IMG/VR virus record: IMGVR_UViG_3300025368_000017
Coordinates: 1 to 28,868 of that record
Origin: a virus
Taxonomy: Duplodnaviria > Caudoviricetes
DNA: 28,868 nt
Direction: 5' to 3' (one strand)
The notes below the pieces were generated by a model. It ran no database searches. It was not told the DNA's origin and was given only the letters and a program-made list of their open reading frames with translations. Positions 7,865-17,089 of this stretch are shown one piece after another (the stretch's first letter is position 1; the number at the start of each line of letters is the position of its first letter). The position numbers and the translations under genes are program-made.

Positions 7865-10800
7865 ATGGGCGGTGGTGGCGGTGGTTTAATGGGTGGTATT
7901 ATCGGTGCGGCTCTAGCGGTTGTAGGGTTCGTTACTGGCCAGCCCGAATTAATTACTATGGGCATCACAATGATGGCTTCTTCCGTCATTTCTGCCCTTA
8001 CAGCACCAAAACAACCTGGCGAAAGCCCACAGCAAACCCAGTTAAATACTGGAACTAATTTACAAATTCAGCCAGGCACAAATAATAAATTGCCTGTAGT
8101 TTATGGTAATTGTTTTGTTGGTGGTACTGTTACTGATTTATCTATTACATCAGATAATCAAAATTTATATTATGTATTGTCATTGTGCGAAGTAACTGGT
8201 GGTGGCACAGATACTATTCAATATGGCAATATTTATTATGGTGGAAAACTTTGTTTATTTAGCGGATTAACTTACACGGATACTGGCGTTCATGTTGCAA
8301 CTATTTCTGGAAATAGCGTTACTTATACTGGCACACTATCTACATCAATTACTTCTGGATTATTAATTTCATTTGTTAATTCTGGAACGCCAATTTATTA
8401 CACAGTAAGCGGTATTAATACTGTTACAAAAACAATTATTTTTAATAAAGCAATTGATCCATCAGTAACGGTTGGCAATGAAATTTATAGTGTTGATCCT
8501 GGTCAAAGTTCAAGCACGGCTGTTACAGGATTGGTTGATCCCGCAACTGGTTTAGTAGACACAAAAGTAAATGGCTACATAAATATTTATTTATATAGCA
8601 ACGGATCAAATAGTTCAGTAAATAGTGGCCAATCGGCTATTAGCGTAATGCAAGCAAGCGGATTAAGTTATACATGGAATAACAGTAAATTAATGTCTAA
8701 TACGGCTTTTGCCATATTGCATTTAACTTATAACGCAAATGCTGGCGTTACAAATATTCAACAAACACAATTTGAAATTATTAATTCAAGATCCGCACCT
8801 GGCGATGTTATTTTTGATTATTTAACTAATACAGTTTATGGTGGTGCTGTACCAGTATCACAAATAGATACTGCCAGTCTTACGGCATTAAATACTTATT
8901 CTGCACAAACAATTACATTTAATAATTATCTTGGTGTGCCAGAAACACAACCTAGATTTACATTTAATGGTGCAATTGATACTACTAAAAATGTATTAAC
9001 CAATTTGCAAGATATGACCAATTGTTGTGATTGCTTGCTTACATTTAATCAAATATATGGTTTATGGTCGGTAATTACTCAAACGCCAACTTATACGGTG
9101 GCAATGGATATTAACGATTCTAATATGGTTTCTGCAATTGCCATTAGCACAATGGACATAAGCAATACCTATAACATTGCACAATGCCAATTTCCAGATA
9201 TTTCATTAAATAGTTCATTTAACACCAGCACAATTAATTTGGCTTTGGTTGATCCAGCTTTATTATATCCAAACGAACCAGCCAATAGTCAAACAATACA
9301 ATTGCCGTTGGTTAATAACGATGTGCAAGCACAATTATTGGCAACCAGATTTCTTAAAGCGGCCAGATTAGATTTGCAAGTTCAAGTAACTGTAAATTAT
9401 ATTGGCCTTGAATTAGAAGCTGGGGATGTTGTAACCATTACCAATGCTAATTATGGTTGGGTTGCAAAATTAATGCGGGTAATGAAGGTAGAACAAAACT
9501 TTTTATCAGACGGCACAATTTCTGTAAATTTACTTTTACAGGCTTATGATCCAGCAGTATTTAATGATGCAAGTATTACTCAATATACGCCAGGATCAAA
9601 TACTGGACTATCGGCACCAAATAGTTTTGGAACAATACCAGCCCCCGTTATTGTTGGTAATTTAACTTCTTTGCCAGTTCCCACGATTGGAATTCAAGTT
9701 ACTTCTAGTTCGGCTGGTATAGCTCAATATGCAGAGGTTTGGTATTCAGCCTATTCAAATCCAACACAAAGTCAAATGATTTTAGGGGGAACAACTGCGG
9801 TTCAATCTGGCGGAACGCCATATGGCAATAGCGTAGTAATGCCAACCGTATTTTTAACAGGAATTCCCGCTGGCAATTGGTATTTTTTTAGTCGAATGGT
9901 TAATAGTGTTGCTAAATCATTGTTTAGTTCAGCATCCAGCGTATTAGATTGGCGGCCAGCAACATTCCAATATTCACAGCGTTACTTATCTATTGCTTAT
10001 GCCACAAGTGCAACTGGCACAGGATTTACTTCAAATCCCAGAGGTGCTACTTATTATGGTATTTTAAATACTGCAACTCCAACATTTGACACAAACCCAT
10101 CTGATTACACATGGTATCAAGCAAATCCCGCATTTGGGTCATCTGGAACATTAAATTATTTGCTTTTTTGCAACCGTGGAAATAATTTAATTAGTTTTGG
10201 TGTTGGTAATGCGGCATTAAGTGGTGGCACGGCCTTATTTGTTCCAACAGATGTTAGCAATTATGATCCAACTATTTGGCAAGGACTGGAAGATGGTTAT
10301 AACATTATTGATCTTAATGCTAGAAGTGGGCAATTAATTCAAACTGGCACAACCACGGTTGGAACGGGTGAAATTGCCATTACCAATAACCCACAGGGTC
10401 AAGTTATTGCATCTTTGGCTCAATTATTAGATTTTGGTGGCCCACCAACCAAAACATCATCTGTAGCCACTTTGACAATTGACATTTATGGGCGTGTGGT
10501 CGGCTTTAGCCCGCCTGACAGCTTTTATTACACAATGACAGCTTTTGATGCTTCGGCTGGTCAAACTGTATTTAATGTTACTAGGGGAACGGAATATTTG
10601 TCTGGAAATTGTTGGGTATTAATTAATGGATGTTTATTAAATCCATCTGAATATACCGATACTAGCGGATCAACTGGAACTGTAACTTTAGCTACAGGCG
10701 CAGTTATAAACGATATTGTTACTATTATTTCTTTTGCTTCTGTAGGCGGCTCTGGTACTTATAATAGTTTTAGTCGTAATTCGGCTACATTAAGCAATAC

Positions 10801-11203
10801 TGGATCATACACCGCATCAGGGTTTACACTAATTAGTGGAAATGAATTGTTGTTTTTAAACGGCACGATAATTAATGCTCAAGATTATAATATATCTGGC
10901 CAAACTATTAGTTTTGTAAATTCTGTTTCTGGCAATTTACAAATTATTCAATGGACAAATAACAATTTGGGCGTTCCGAATGGGACACCAGCCAATGTGG
11001 ATGTTTATACAACTGTTGGTCAATCACTTTATCCATTTACATTTAATCCATTAGCATTTAATCTATATAATAATGGGGTATTATTGCTAGAAACAGTAGA
11101 TTACACGGTGTCTGGTGGAACATCTTATACTTTGGCGCAAACACCTACAAGCAATTTAAATATTTTGGTACAACAGACATTCAATAGAACAGGGGCAGTA
11201 TGA
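7865..11203 (+). CDS. Tail tip attachment / central fibre protein (gpJ-like)
   Basis: 1112 aa. Hydrophobic N-terminus, LPVVYG motif, RFTFNGAIDT, LELEAGDVVTIT..MRVMKVE, an FN3-like segment and three C-terminal beta repeats (xxNGxxx..DY/EY). Confidence 0.85.
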   Translation: MGGGGGGLMGGIIGAALAVVGFVTGQPELITMGITMMASSVISALTAPKQPGESPQQTQLNTGTNLQIQPGTNNKLPVVYGNCFVGGTVTDLSITSDNQNLYYVLSLCEVTGGGTDTIQYGNIYYGGKLCLFSGLTYTDTGVHVATISGNSVTYTGTLSTSITSGLLISFVNSGTPIYYTVSGINTVTKTIIFNKAIDPSVTVGNEIYSVDPGQSSSTAVTGLVDPATGLVDTKVNGYINIYLYSNGSNSSVNSGQSAISVMQASGLSYTWNNSKLMSNTAFAILHLTYNANAGVTNIQQTQFEIINSRSAPGDVIFDYLTNTVYGGAVPVSQIDTASLTALNTYSAQTITFNNYLGVPETQPRFTFNGAIDTTKNVLTNLQDMTNCCDCLLTFNQIYGLWSVITQTPTYTVAMDINDSNMVSAIAISTMDISNTYNIAQCQFPDISLNSSFNTSTINLALVDPALLYPNEPANSQTIQLPLVNNDVQAQLLATRFLKAARLDLQVQVTVNYIGLELEAGDVVTITNANYGWVAKLMRVMKVEQNFLSDGTISVNLLLQAYDPAVFNDASITQYTPGSNTGLSAPNSFGTIPAPVIVGNLTSLPVPTIGIQVTSSSAGIAQYAEVWYSAYSNPTQSQMILGGTTAVQSGGTPYGNSVVMPTVFLTGIPAGNWYFFSRMVNSVAKSLFSSASSVLDWRPATFQYSQRYLSIAYATSATGTGFTSNPRGATYYGILNTATPTFDTNPSDYTWYQANPAFGSSGTLNYLLFCNRGNNLISFGVGNAALSGGTALFVPTDVSNYDPTIWQGLEDGYNIIDLNARSGQLIQTGTTTVGTGEIAITNNPQGQVIASLAQLLDFGGPPTKTSSVATLTIDIYGRVVGFSPPDSFYYTMTAFDASAGQTVFNVTRGTEYLSGNCWVLINGCLLNPSEYTDTSGSTGTVTLATGAVINDIVTIISFASVGGSGTYNSFSRNSATLSNTGSYTASGFTLISGNELLFLNGTIINAQDYNISGQTISFVNSVSGNLQIIQWTNNNLGVPNGTPANVDVYTTVGQSLYPFTFNPLAFNLYNNGVLLLETVDYTVSGGTSYTLAQTPTSNLNILVQQTFNRTGAV

Positions 11204-12204
11204 CACAGGCACTAAATTTAGCCAATTTTGCTAACAATTTAAATACTTCTGGTCAAACCAGTAATTCTGGTTTACAAAATTCTACAATTGGAATAACTGC
11301 TGGTACTGGGATTGCTGTTACAAATACATCTCCAGCATTAGGCGGAACAACTCAAATTAGCAATACTGGAGTTACATCAATTAATGGATCTTCTGGCGCA
11401 GTAACAATTCCAATACCTTATGGAATTAATTATGTTCTTATTGCTGGCGGTGGCGGTGGTGGTGCTAATTGGGGCGGTGGTGGCGGTGCTGGCGGATATG
11501 CGGCTGGAAATATTTTTCAATATACGGGAAATTATTTAGCAATTACTATTGGTGCTGGTGGTGCTGGCGCAAGCAATGGAACAACAAATTCTGGTATAGA
11601 TGGCGGTGCAAGCTCAATAAATACTTTAATTGTTTCTGGTGGCGGTGGCGGTGGTGCTAATAGCGGAACTATTAATGGTGATAGTGGCGGTTCTGGTGGT
11701 GGTGGTGCTGGCGGCAATTCTTATGGTTCTGGCGGATCTGGTATTTACGGACAAGGAAATGCTGGTGGTTCATCGACTGGAACTGGTAACATTGGTGCTG
11801 GTGGTGGTGGTGGTGCTGGCGGTGCTGGTGTAACGGCTAGTTCTAGTGCTGGCGGAAATGGTGGAAATGGATTATCTAGCTCAATTACTGGAACATCTGT
11901 AACACGGGCTGGTGGTGGTGGTGGCGGAACAAACGGAACTGGCGGTTCTGGCGGTTCAGGCGGTGGCGGAAATGGCAATGGAACGCCTAGTGCAAATGGT
12001 TCTTCTGCAACAGCACATACTGGCTCTGGTGGCGGTGGTGGTGCTACCGCCTATGGTGGTGGTGGGAATGGCGCATCTGGAACAGTTATATTATCAATGC
12101 CAACTTCTAATTTTTCTGGAACATATACTGGTAGCCCAACAATTTCAACAAGTGGGTCTAATACAATTTTAATTTTTAATTCATCAGGAAGTTATACAAC
12201 ATGA
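11200..12204 (+). CDS. Glycine-rich tail fibre / adhesin-like protein
   Basis: GVTSINGSSGAVTI fibre motif followed by a ~260-aa domain with many GGGG runs. Confidence 0.75.
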   Translation: MTQALNLANFANNLNTSGQTSNSGLQNSTIGITAGTGIAVTNTSPALGGTTQISNTGVTSINGSSGAVTIPIPYGINYVLIAGGGGGGANWGGGGGAGGYAAGNIFQYTGNYLAITIGAGGAGASNGTTNSGIDGGASSINTLIVSGGGGGGANSGTINGDSGGSGGGGAGGNSYGSGGSGIYGQGNAGGSSTGTGNIGAGGGGGAGGAGVTASSSAGGNGGNGLSSSITGTSVTRAGGGGGGTNGTGGSGGSGGGGNGNGTPSANGSSATAHTGSGGGGGATAYGGGGNGASGTVILSMPTSNFSGTYTGSPTISTSGSNTILIFNSSGSYTT

Positions 12205-12602
12205 GTCATTACGCTAAAGTTCTTAATGGTAAAGTCGTACAGGTTATTGTCGCTGAAAAAGATTTTTTTAATACTTTTATAGACACATCTCCTGGTGAGT
12301 GGATTCAAACTTCTTACAACACAAGAGGTGGCGTTCATTATGCACCTGATTCAAATACTCCAGATGACGGTATTGCATTAAGGGCAAATTATGCTGGTAT
12401 AGGGTATACATATGATGCTAAAAATGATGTTTTTTATGCACCACGCCCATTAGATATGAATAATATTGTTTGCGAAAGTTGGACTATTTCATCCCCAAGT
12501 TGGTTGTGGACACCACCAACCCCATATCCCACAGATGGAAAACATTATGTTTGGAATGAAACAACTAAAGTTTGGGTAGAACAATTAATTAACAATAATT
12601 AA
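12201..12602 (+). CDS. Hypothetical fibre-associated protein
   Basis: WIQTSYNT..RANYAGIGYTYD..FYAPRP..WLWTPPTPYP..YVWNE. ATGA-coupled to the Gly-rich gene. Confidence 0.7.
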   Translation: MSHYAKVLNGKVVQVIVAEKDFFNTFIDTSPGEWIQTSYNTRGGVHYAPDSNTPDDGIALRANYAGIGYTYDAKNDVFYAPRPLDMNNIVCESWTISSPSWLWTPPTPYPTDGKHYVWNETTKVWVEQLINNN

Positions 12603-12680
12603 AGTAAAATAACAAAAAACAAAACATGATTTGGGGCTAAGTGGAGTGCCACTTGCCATTAACCGAGAATTGGAATAATC

Positions 12681-13169
12681 ATGGCAATTTTTAACAAAAA
12701 CACTTTAACGCAAGTATCAGGGTTTGACAATCCAATTATTGCTGGTGAACTTGTATGGGATCAAGCAACTTATTGGAATTTAGTTATTACTGGGTCAGAT
12801 AATGTAACTCCAGTAAACTTAACTGGGGCAACCATTAACGCCCAAATTATTCGTAGGGAAGTGTCAAATATTCAAGACACCCGTTATGGCCTATCTTTTG
12901 ACATTGCCGATTACAGCCCAACACCAACTCCAGTTTCTTTGACGGTTAGCAATCGTGTAGATACTGCTGGCACATTTACATTGACTATTGATTCTTCTGC
13001 ATGGGGGTTAATGTCTAGCGATCCAGAATTAGAAATTAACGCTACAAATTGCGTAGGCTACTCTGGGCGCATAAAAATCAGTTTTCCCGCAAGTGGATCA
13101 ACACCCGCTAATGATTACATTATTTTTCTATTATTCCTGGTGCGTTCTGATGGCATCATTGTGGAGTAA
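12681..13169 (+). CDS. Fibre-anchoring / baseplate upper (BppU-like) protein
   Basis: TPVNLTGATINAQIIR..GTFTLTI pattern resembles BppU N-terminal domains. Precedes the long fibre. Confidence 0.5.
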   Translation: MAIFNKNTLTQVSGFDNPIIAGELVWDQATYWNLVITGSDNVTPVNLTGATINAQIIRREVSNIQDTRYGLSFDIADYSPTPTPVSLTVSNRVDTAGTFTLTIDSSAWGLMSSDPELEINATNCVGYSGRIKISFPASGSTPANDYIIFLLFLVRSDGIIVE

Positions 13170-13171
13170 TC

Positions 13172-16100
13172 ATGGCAAATATCAAGGTAGTGGCTGGCAA
13201 TAGCGCAACTAATGTAACTGCGGTTGAGAACACAGTAAATATTTCTGTTGTTAAAGAAAACACAGTTAATTTACAAGTAACCCCAACTCCTAATCAAATT
13301 ATCAGTATTGATAAAGGCCAGTTTGGGCCATCAGGTTTTTCTGGTTATTCTGGTTATAGTGGTTTTAGTGGCGCATCAGGTTTTGGCTATTCGGGTCAAT
13401 CGGGATATTCAGGATATTCTGGTTACAGCGGTTCTGGGATTAGTGGATATTCAGGCGCAACTGGCCCTCAAGGTTTGTCTGGCTTTAGCGGTATCAGCGG
13501 ATATTCAGGCGAAGTTGGCCAAAGCGGAATATCAGGCTATAGTGGTTTTTCTGGAACAAGCGGTTACTCAGGGAGTGGCACAAGTGGATATTCTGGGTTT
13601 AGTGGTACATCTGGATTTTCTGGATTTAGTGGATATTCGGGTTCTGGCGTTTCTGGCTATAGTGGGTTTAGCGGTATTAGCGGCTATAGCGGTGCTAGTG
13701 GTTTATCTGGTTTCTCTGGTTTTAGCGGAATAAGCGGTTATAGCGGATCAGGTGTAAGTGGCTATTCTGGTTTTAGTGGTTATAGTGGCCAGCAAGGCAC
13801 ATCCATTAATATCAAAGGTACTGTTGCTACGCCAGCCGATTTGCCAGCCGTAGGCAATTTACCAAACGATGCTTATATTGTTTCTTCAAATGGCGATCTT
13901 TATGTTTGGAATGGAACTGTTTGGAACAATGTAGGCCCTATTGTTGGCCCAACAGGACAAAGCGGTATTTCTGGCTTTAGTGGCTATTCAGGCATTTCTG
14001 GTTATAGCGGATATTCTGGCATTTCTGGATATTCTGGTTACTCAGGTATTTCTGGTTATAGCGGAAGCGGTGTAAGCGGTTATAGCGGGTTTTCTGGATA
14101 TTCTGGTAGTGGTGTATCGGGCTGGTCAGGATTTAGCGGTATAAGCGGTTTTAGTGGCTTTTCGGGCTATTCTGGAAGCGGTGTTTCTGGTTACTCAGGA
14201 TTTAGCGGAATATCAGGCTATTCTGGTGCAGTAGGTTTATCTGGCACATCAGGTTATTCTGGTTTTAGTGGCGCAGTTGGTCAATCTGGAATTAGTGGTT
14301 TTTCGGGACTGTCTGGCTACTCAGGAATTAGCGGATTTAGTGGCTATTCAGGAATTGATGGTCAGTCTGGTTACAGCGGATTTTCAGGTATCAGCGGATA
14401 TTCTGGACAAGATGGCCAATCTGGAACAAGTGGATATAGTGGCTATAGTGGATCAGGTGTATCTGGCTACAGCGGTTTTAGTGGCATAAGTGGCTATAGT
14501 GGATTTTCTGGTATATCTGGTTATTCAGGTATAGATGGTCAATCAGGATATTCTGGAATTAGTGGAGCATCAGGATTTAGCGGAATTTCTGGTTATAGCG
14601 GATATTCTGGTTCTGGAGTTTCTGGTTATAGCGGTTACAGCGGAGCATCTGGTATTAGTGGATATAGTGGCTCTGGTATAAGTGGATACAGCGGTTTTTC
14701 TGGCATTAGCGGTTATAGCGGAGCAGTAGGTCAATCCGGCACAAGCGGTTATTCAGGATTTAGCGGTATCAGCGGAACTAATGGTGCTTCTGGATTCTCA
14801 GGCATCAGCGGATATAGCGGATATTCTGGAAGCGGTGTATCAGGCTATAGTGGTTATTCTGGATCAGGGGTATCTGGTTATAGTGGGTATTCTGGCGCAC
14901 AAGGCACAAGCGGTTATAGTGGTTATTCAGGATACTCTGGTTCTGTTGGTGCTGGCGGTGTTCGTGGCTATTGGGGTTCATTTTGGGACACAACTAATCA
15001 AACTGCCGCAAACACTACATCTTCATATATTTTTAACATTAATCAAACTGATGCAAATAGCACAGGAATAAGTATTGTTTCTGGCAATAGAATTACTTTT
15101 GCTAATGCTGGTGTTTATACAATTCAATATTCTGTTCAATTTCAAAATACTTCTACTGGTTCTGGCAATGATAATTCTGACATTTGGTTTAAATTAAATG
15201 GAACAGATATTGCAGATAGCAATAGCATTTTTAATATTCCTAGATCACAAGGCGGCACAAATGGATATTTAATTGCTGTTACACCTTATACATTAAAAGT
15301 AAATGCTGGCGATTATGTTCAACTTGCTTGGGCAGTATCTACGACCGGTATTTCAGCAGTAACAACAGCGGCACAAACAAACCCAACTGTTCCAGAAACT
15401 CCTTCTGTAATTGTTTCTGCTACTCAAGTTTTCTATACTCAATCTGGCTATAGCGGAGCATCAGGCTATTCTGGATTTAGTGGTATTTCTGGATTTTCTG
15501 GTATTTCAGGCTATAGTGGCTCAGGAATTTCTGGTTATTCGGGTTACAGCGGTTCTGGCGTAAGTGGCTATAGTGGTTACTCTGGTGCTGTTGGTGCAAG
15601 TGGCCTTTCTGGTTATTCTGGATATAGTGGTGCAGTAGGCGCATCAGGCTTATCTGGATATAGCGGATTTTCTGGTATTTCGGGATTTAGCGGATCGGGT
15701 ATATCGGGTTATAGCGGTTATAGCGGTTCGGGAATAAGTGGCTATAGCGGTTATTCAGGTGCAGTTGGCCAATCAGGTTACAGCGGTTATTCTGGAATTT
15801 CTGGAACAAACGGCACGAATGGCGCATCAGGTATTAGTGGCTATAGTGGCTATTCTGGATCAGGAATTAGTGGATATAGCGGATTCTCGGGTATTTCTGG
15901 GTATTCTGGCTATAGCGGTTCTGGCATAAGCGGTTATAGCGGTTATTCTGGTGCTACTGGTGCAACTGGTGCAACTGGAACAAGCGGATATAGTGGTTAT
16001 AGCGGTGCTACAGGATCACAAGGCACATCAGGCTATAGTGGTTATAGCGGGGCAACTGGGCCAACAATATATCCTAGTGCTGGAATAGCAAATTCAACAG

Positions 16101-17071
16101 GATCTTCTTGGGGAACTTCTTATTCTTCATCTAATCCTTTACCAACATCAGTTGGCGGAACTGGGCAGACAACTTATTCAAATGGTCAAATTTTAATTGG
16201 CAACGGCTCTGGATTAACAAAAAATACTTTAACTGCTGGTGCTGGAATTAATATTTCAAACGGTTCTGGAACTATTACAATTTCATCCAGTTTATATGTA
16301 ATGACATATCTTGCTTCTGCTGGCGGTGGCGGTGGTGGATCAAACTGGGGTGGTGGTGGTGGTGCTGGCGGGTTTATTTCAAGTTCTCTTGCCGTATCTA
16401 CTGGACAACAAATATTATTTACTATTGGATCTGGCGGGGGCGGTTCTTCTGGAACTGGTAGTGGTAGCAATGGTTCAAATAGTGTTTTTAATGGCGTCAC
16501 TTTGCTGGGCGGTGGTGGTGGTGGTGCAAATAGTGGTGTTACGACTGGATCTTCTGGCGGTTCTGGTGGCGGTGCTGGTGGCGGTAATTCTTATGCTTAT
16601 GGTGGATCAGGAACAACTGGTCAAGGATTTGCTGGTGGCAACTCATTAGGAAGCGGAAATATTGGTGGTGGTGGCGGTGGCGGATCATCTGCAATTGGAT
16701 TTAATTCTGGTAATTCTACAGGCGGAAATGGCGGAACGGGTACAACAAGTTCAATTACTGGTTCATCAGTAGTATATGCTGGCGGTGGTGGTGGTGGCGG
16801 TTCTAGTGGAACAAGTAGCGGTTCAGGCGGTGGCGGAAATGGAAGCGGTAGTAGTGGTGGTTCTGGCTCTGCTGGAACAGCCAATACTGGTGGTGGCGGT
16901 GGTGGCGGTGGAACAAACAACGGGTCTGGTGCGGCTGGCGGATCTGGATTTGTTATTATTTCCGTTCCCACTTCAAGTTATTCTGGAACATATACTGGAA
17001 CTGCAACAGTAAGCACATCAGGATCTAATACAATTTTGAAATTTACAACATCAGGAAGTTATACAGCGTAA
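13172..17071 (+). CDS. Collagen-like Gly-X-Ser repeat fibre with an internal C1q/BclA-like domain and a C-terminal Gly-rich domain
   Basis: Three G-X-S blocks (about 13316-13798, 13934-14968 and 15443-16063). Jelly-roll-like segment RITFANAGVYTIQYSVQF..IWFKLNG..VNAGDYVQL. C-terminus is paralogous to 11200..12204. Confidence 0.85.
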   Translation: MANIKVVAGNSATNVTAVENTVNISVVKENTVNLQVTPTPNQIISIDKGQFGPSGFSGYSGYSGFSGASGFGYSGQSGYSGYSGYSGSGISGYSGATGPQGLSGFSGISGYSGEVGQSGISGYSGFSGTSGYSGSGTSGYSGFSGTSGFSGFSGYSGSGVSGYSGFSGISGYSGASGLSGFSGFSGISGYSGSGVSGYSGFSGYSGQQGTSINIKGTVATPADLPAVGNLPNDAYIVSSNGDLYVWNGTVWNNVGPIVGPTGQSGISGFSGYSGISGYSGYSGISGYSGYSGISGYSGSGVSGYSGFSGYSGSGVSGWSGFSGISGFSGFSGYSGSGVSGYSGFSGISGYSGAVGLSGTSGYSGFSGAVGQSGISGFSGLSGYSGISGFSGYSGIDGQSGYSGFSGISGYSGQDGQSGTSGYSGYSGSGVSGYSGFSGISGYSGFSGISGYSGIDGQSGYSGISGASGFSGISGYSGYSGSGVSGYSGYSGASGISGYSGSGISGYSGFSGISGYSGAVGQSGTSGYSGFSGISGTNGASGFSGISGYSGYSGSGVSGYSGYSGSGVSGYSGYSGAQGTSGYSGYSGYSGSVGAGGVRGYWGSFWDTTNQTAANTTSSYIFNINQTDANSTGISIVSGNRITFANAGVYTIQYSVQFQNTSTGSGNDNSDIWFKLNGTDIADSNSIFNIPRSQGGTNGYLIAVTPYTLKVNAGDYVQLAWAVSTTGISAVTTAAQTNPTVPETPSVIVSATQVFYTQSGYSGASGYSGFSGISGFSGISGYSGSGISGYSGYSGSGVSGYSGYSGAVGASGLSGYSGYSGAVGASGLSGYSGFSGISGFSGSGISGYSGYSGSGISGYSGYSGAVGQSGYSGYSGISGTNGTNGASGISGYSGYSGSGISGYSGFSGISGYSGYSGSGISGYSGYSGATGATGATGTSGYSGYSGATGSQGTSGYSGYSGATGPTIYPSAGIANSTGSSWGTSYSSSNPLPTSVGGTGQTTYSNGQILIGNGSGLTKNTLTAGAGINISNGSGTITISSSLYVMTYLASAGGGGGGSNWGGGGGAGGFISSSLAVSTGQQILFTIGSGGGGSSGTGSGSNGSNSVFNGVTLLGGGGGGANSGVTTGSSGGSGGGAGGGNSYAYGGSGTTGQGFAGGNSLGSGNIGGGGGGGSSAIGFNSGNSTGGNGGTGTTSSITGSSVVYAGGGGGGGSSGTSSGSGGGGNGSGSSGGSGSAGTANTGGGGGGGGTNNGSGAAGGSGFVIISVPTSSYSGTYTGTATVSTSGSNTILKFTTSGSYTA
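13316..16063 (+). repeat. Degenerate 9-nt coding repeat (Gly-[Y/F/I/V]-Ser)n in three blocks
   Basis: Tripeptide periodicity read directly, with heavily varied synonymous codons. Confidence 0.95.
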
Positions 17072-17089
17072 TTTAATAACATAAGCAAT

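Noticed and set aside
13316-16063. Possible CRISPR array or DGR template/variable repeats
   Set aside because: Repeats are degenerate 9-nt coding units with no constant repeat-spacer structure. There is no reverse transcriptase in the window, and the paralogous domains do not differ specifically at adenines.
11532-16971. Poly-Pro minus-strand ORFs (11532, 11745, 16186, 16621) and Val/Trp-rich alternative + frames (11469, 11630, 11912, 13308, 14268, 14781, 15738, 16311, 16776)
   Set aside because: Shadows of GGN-rich codons in the Gly-rich genes, with no RBS or operon context.
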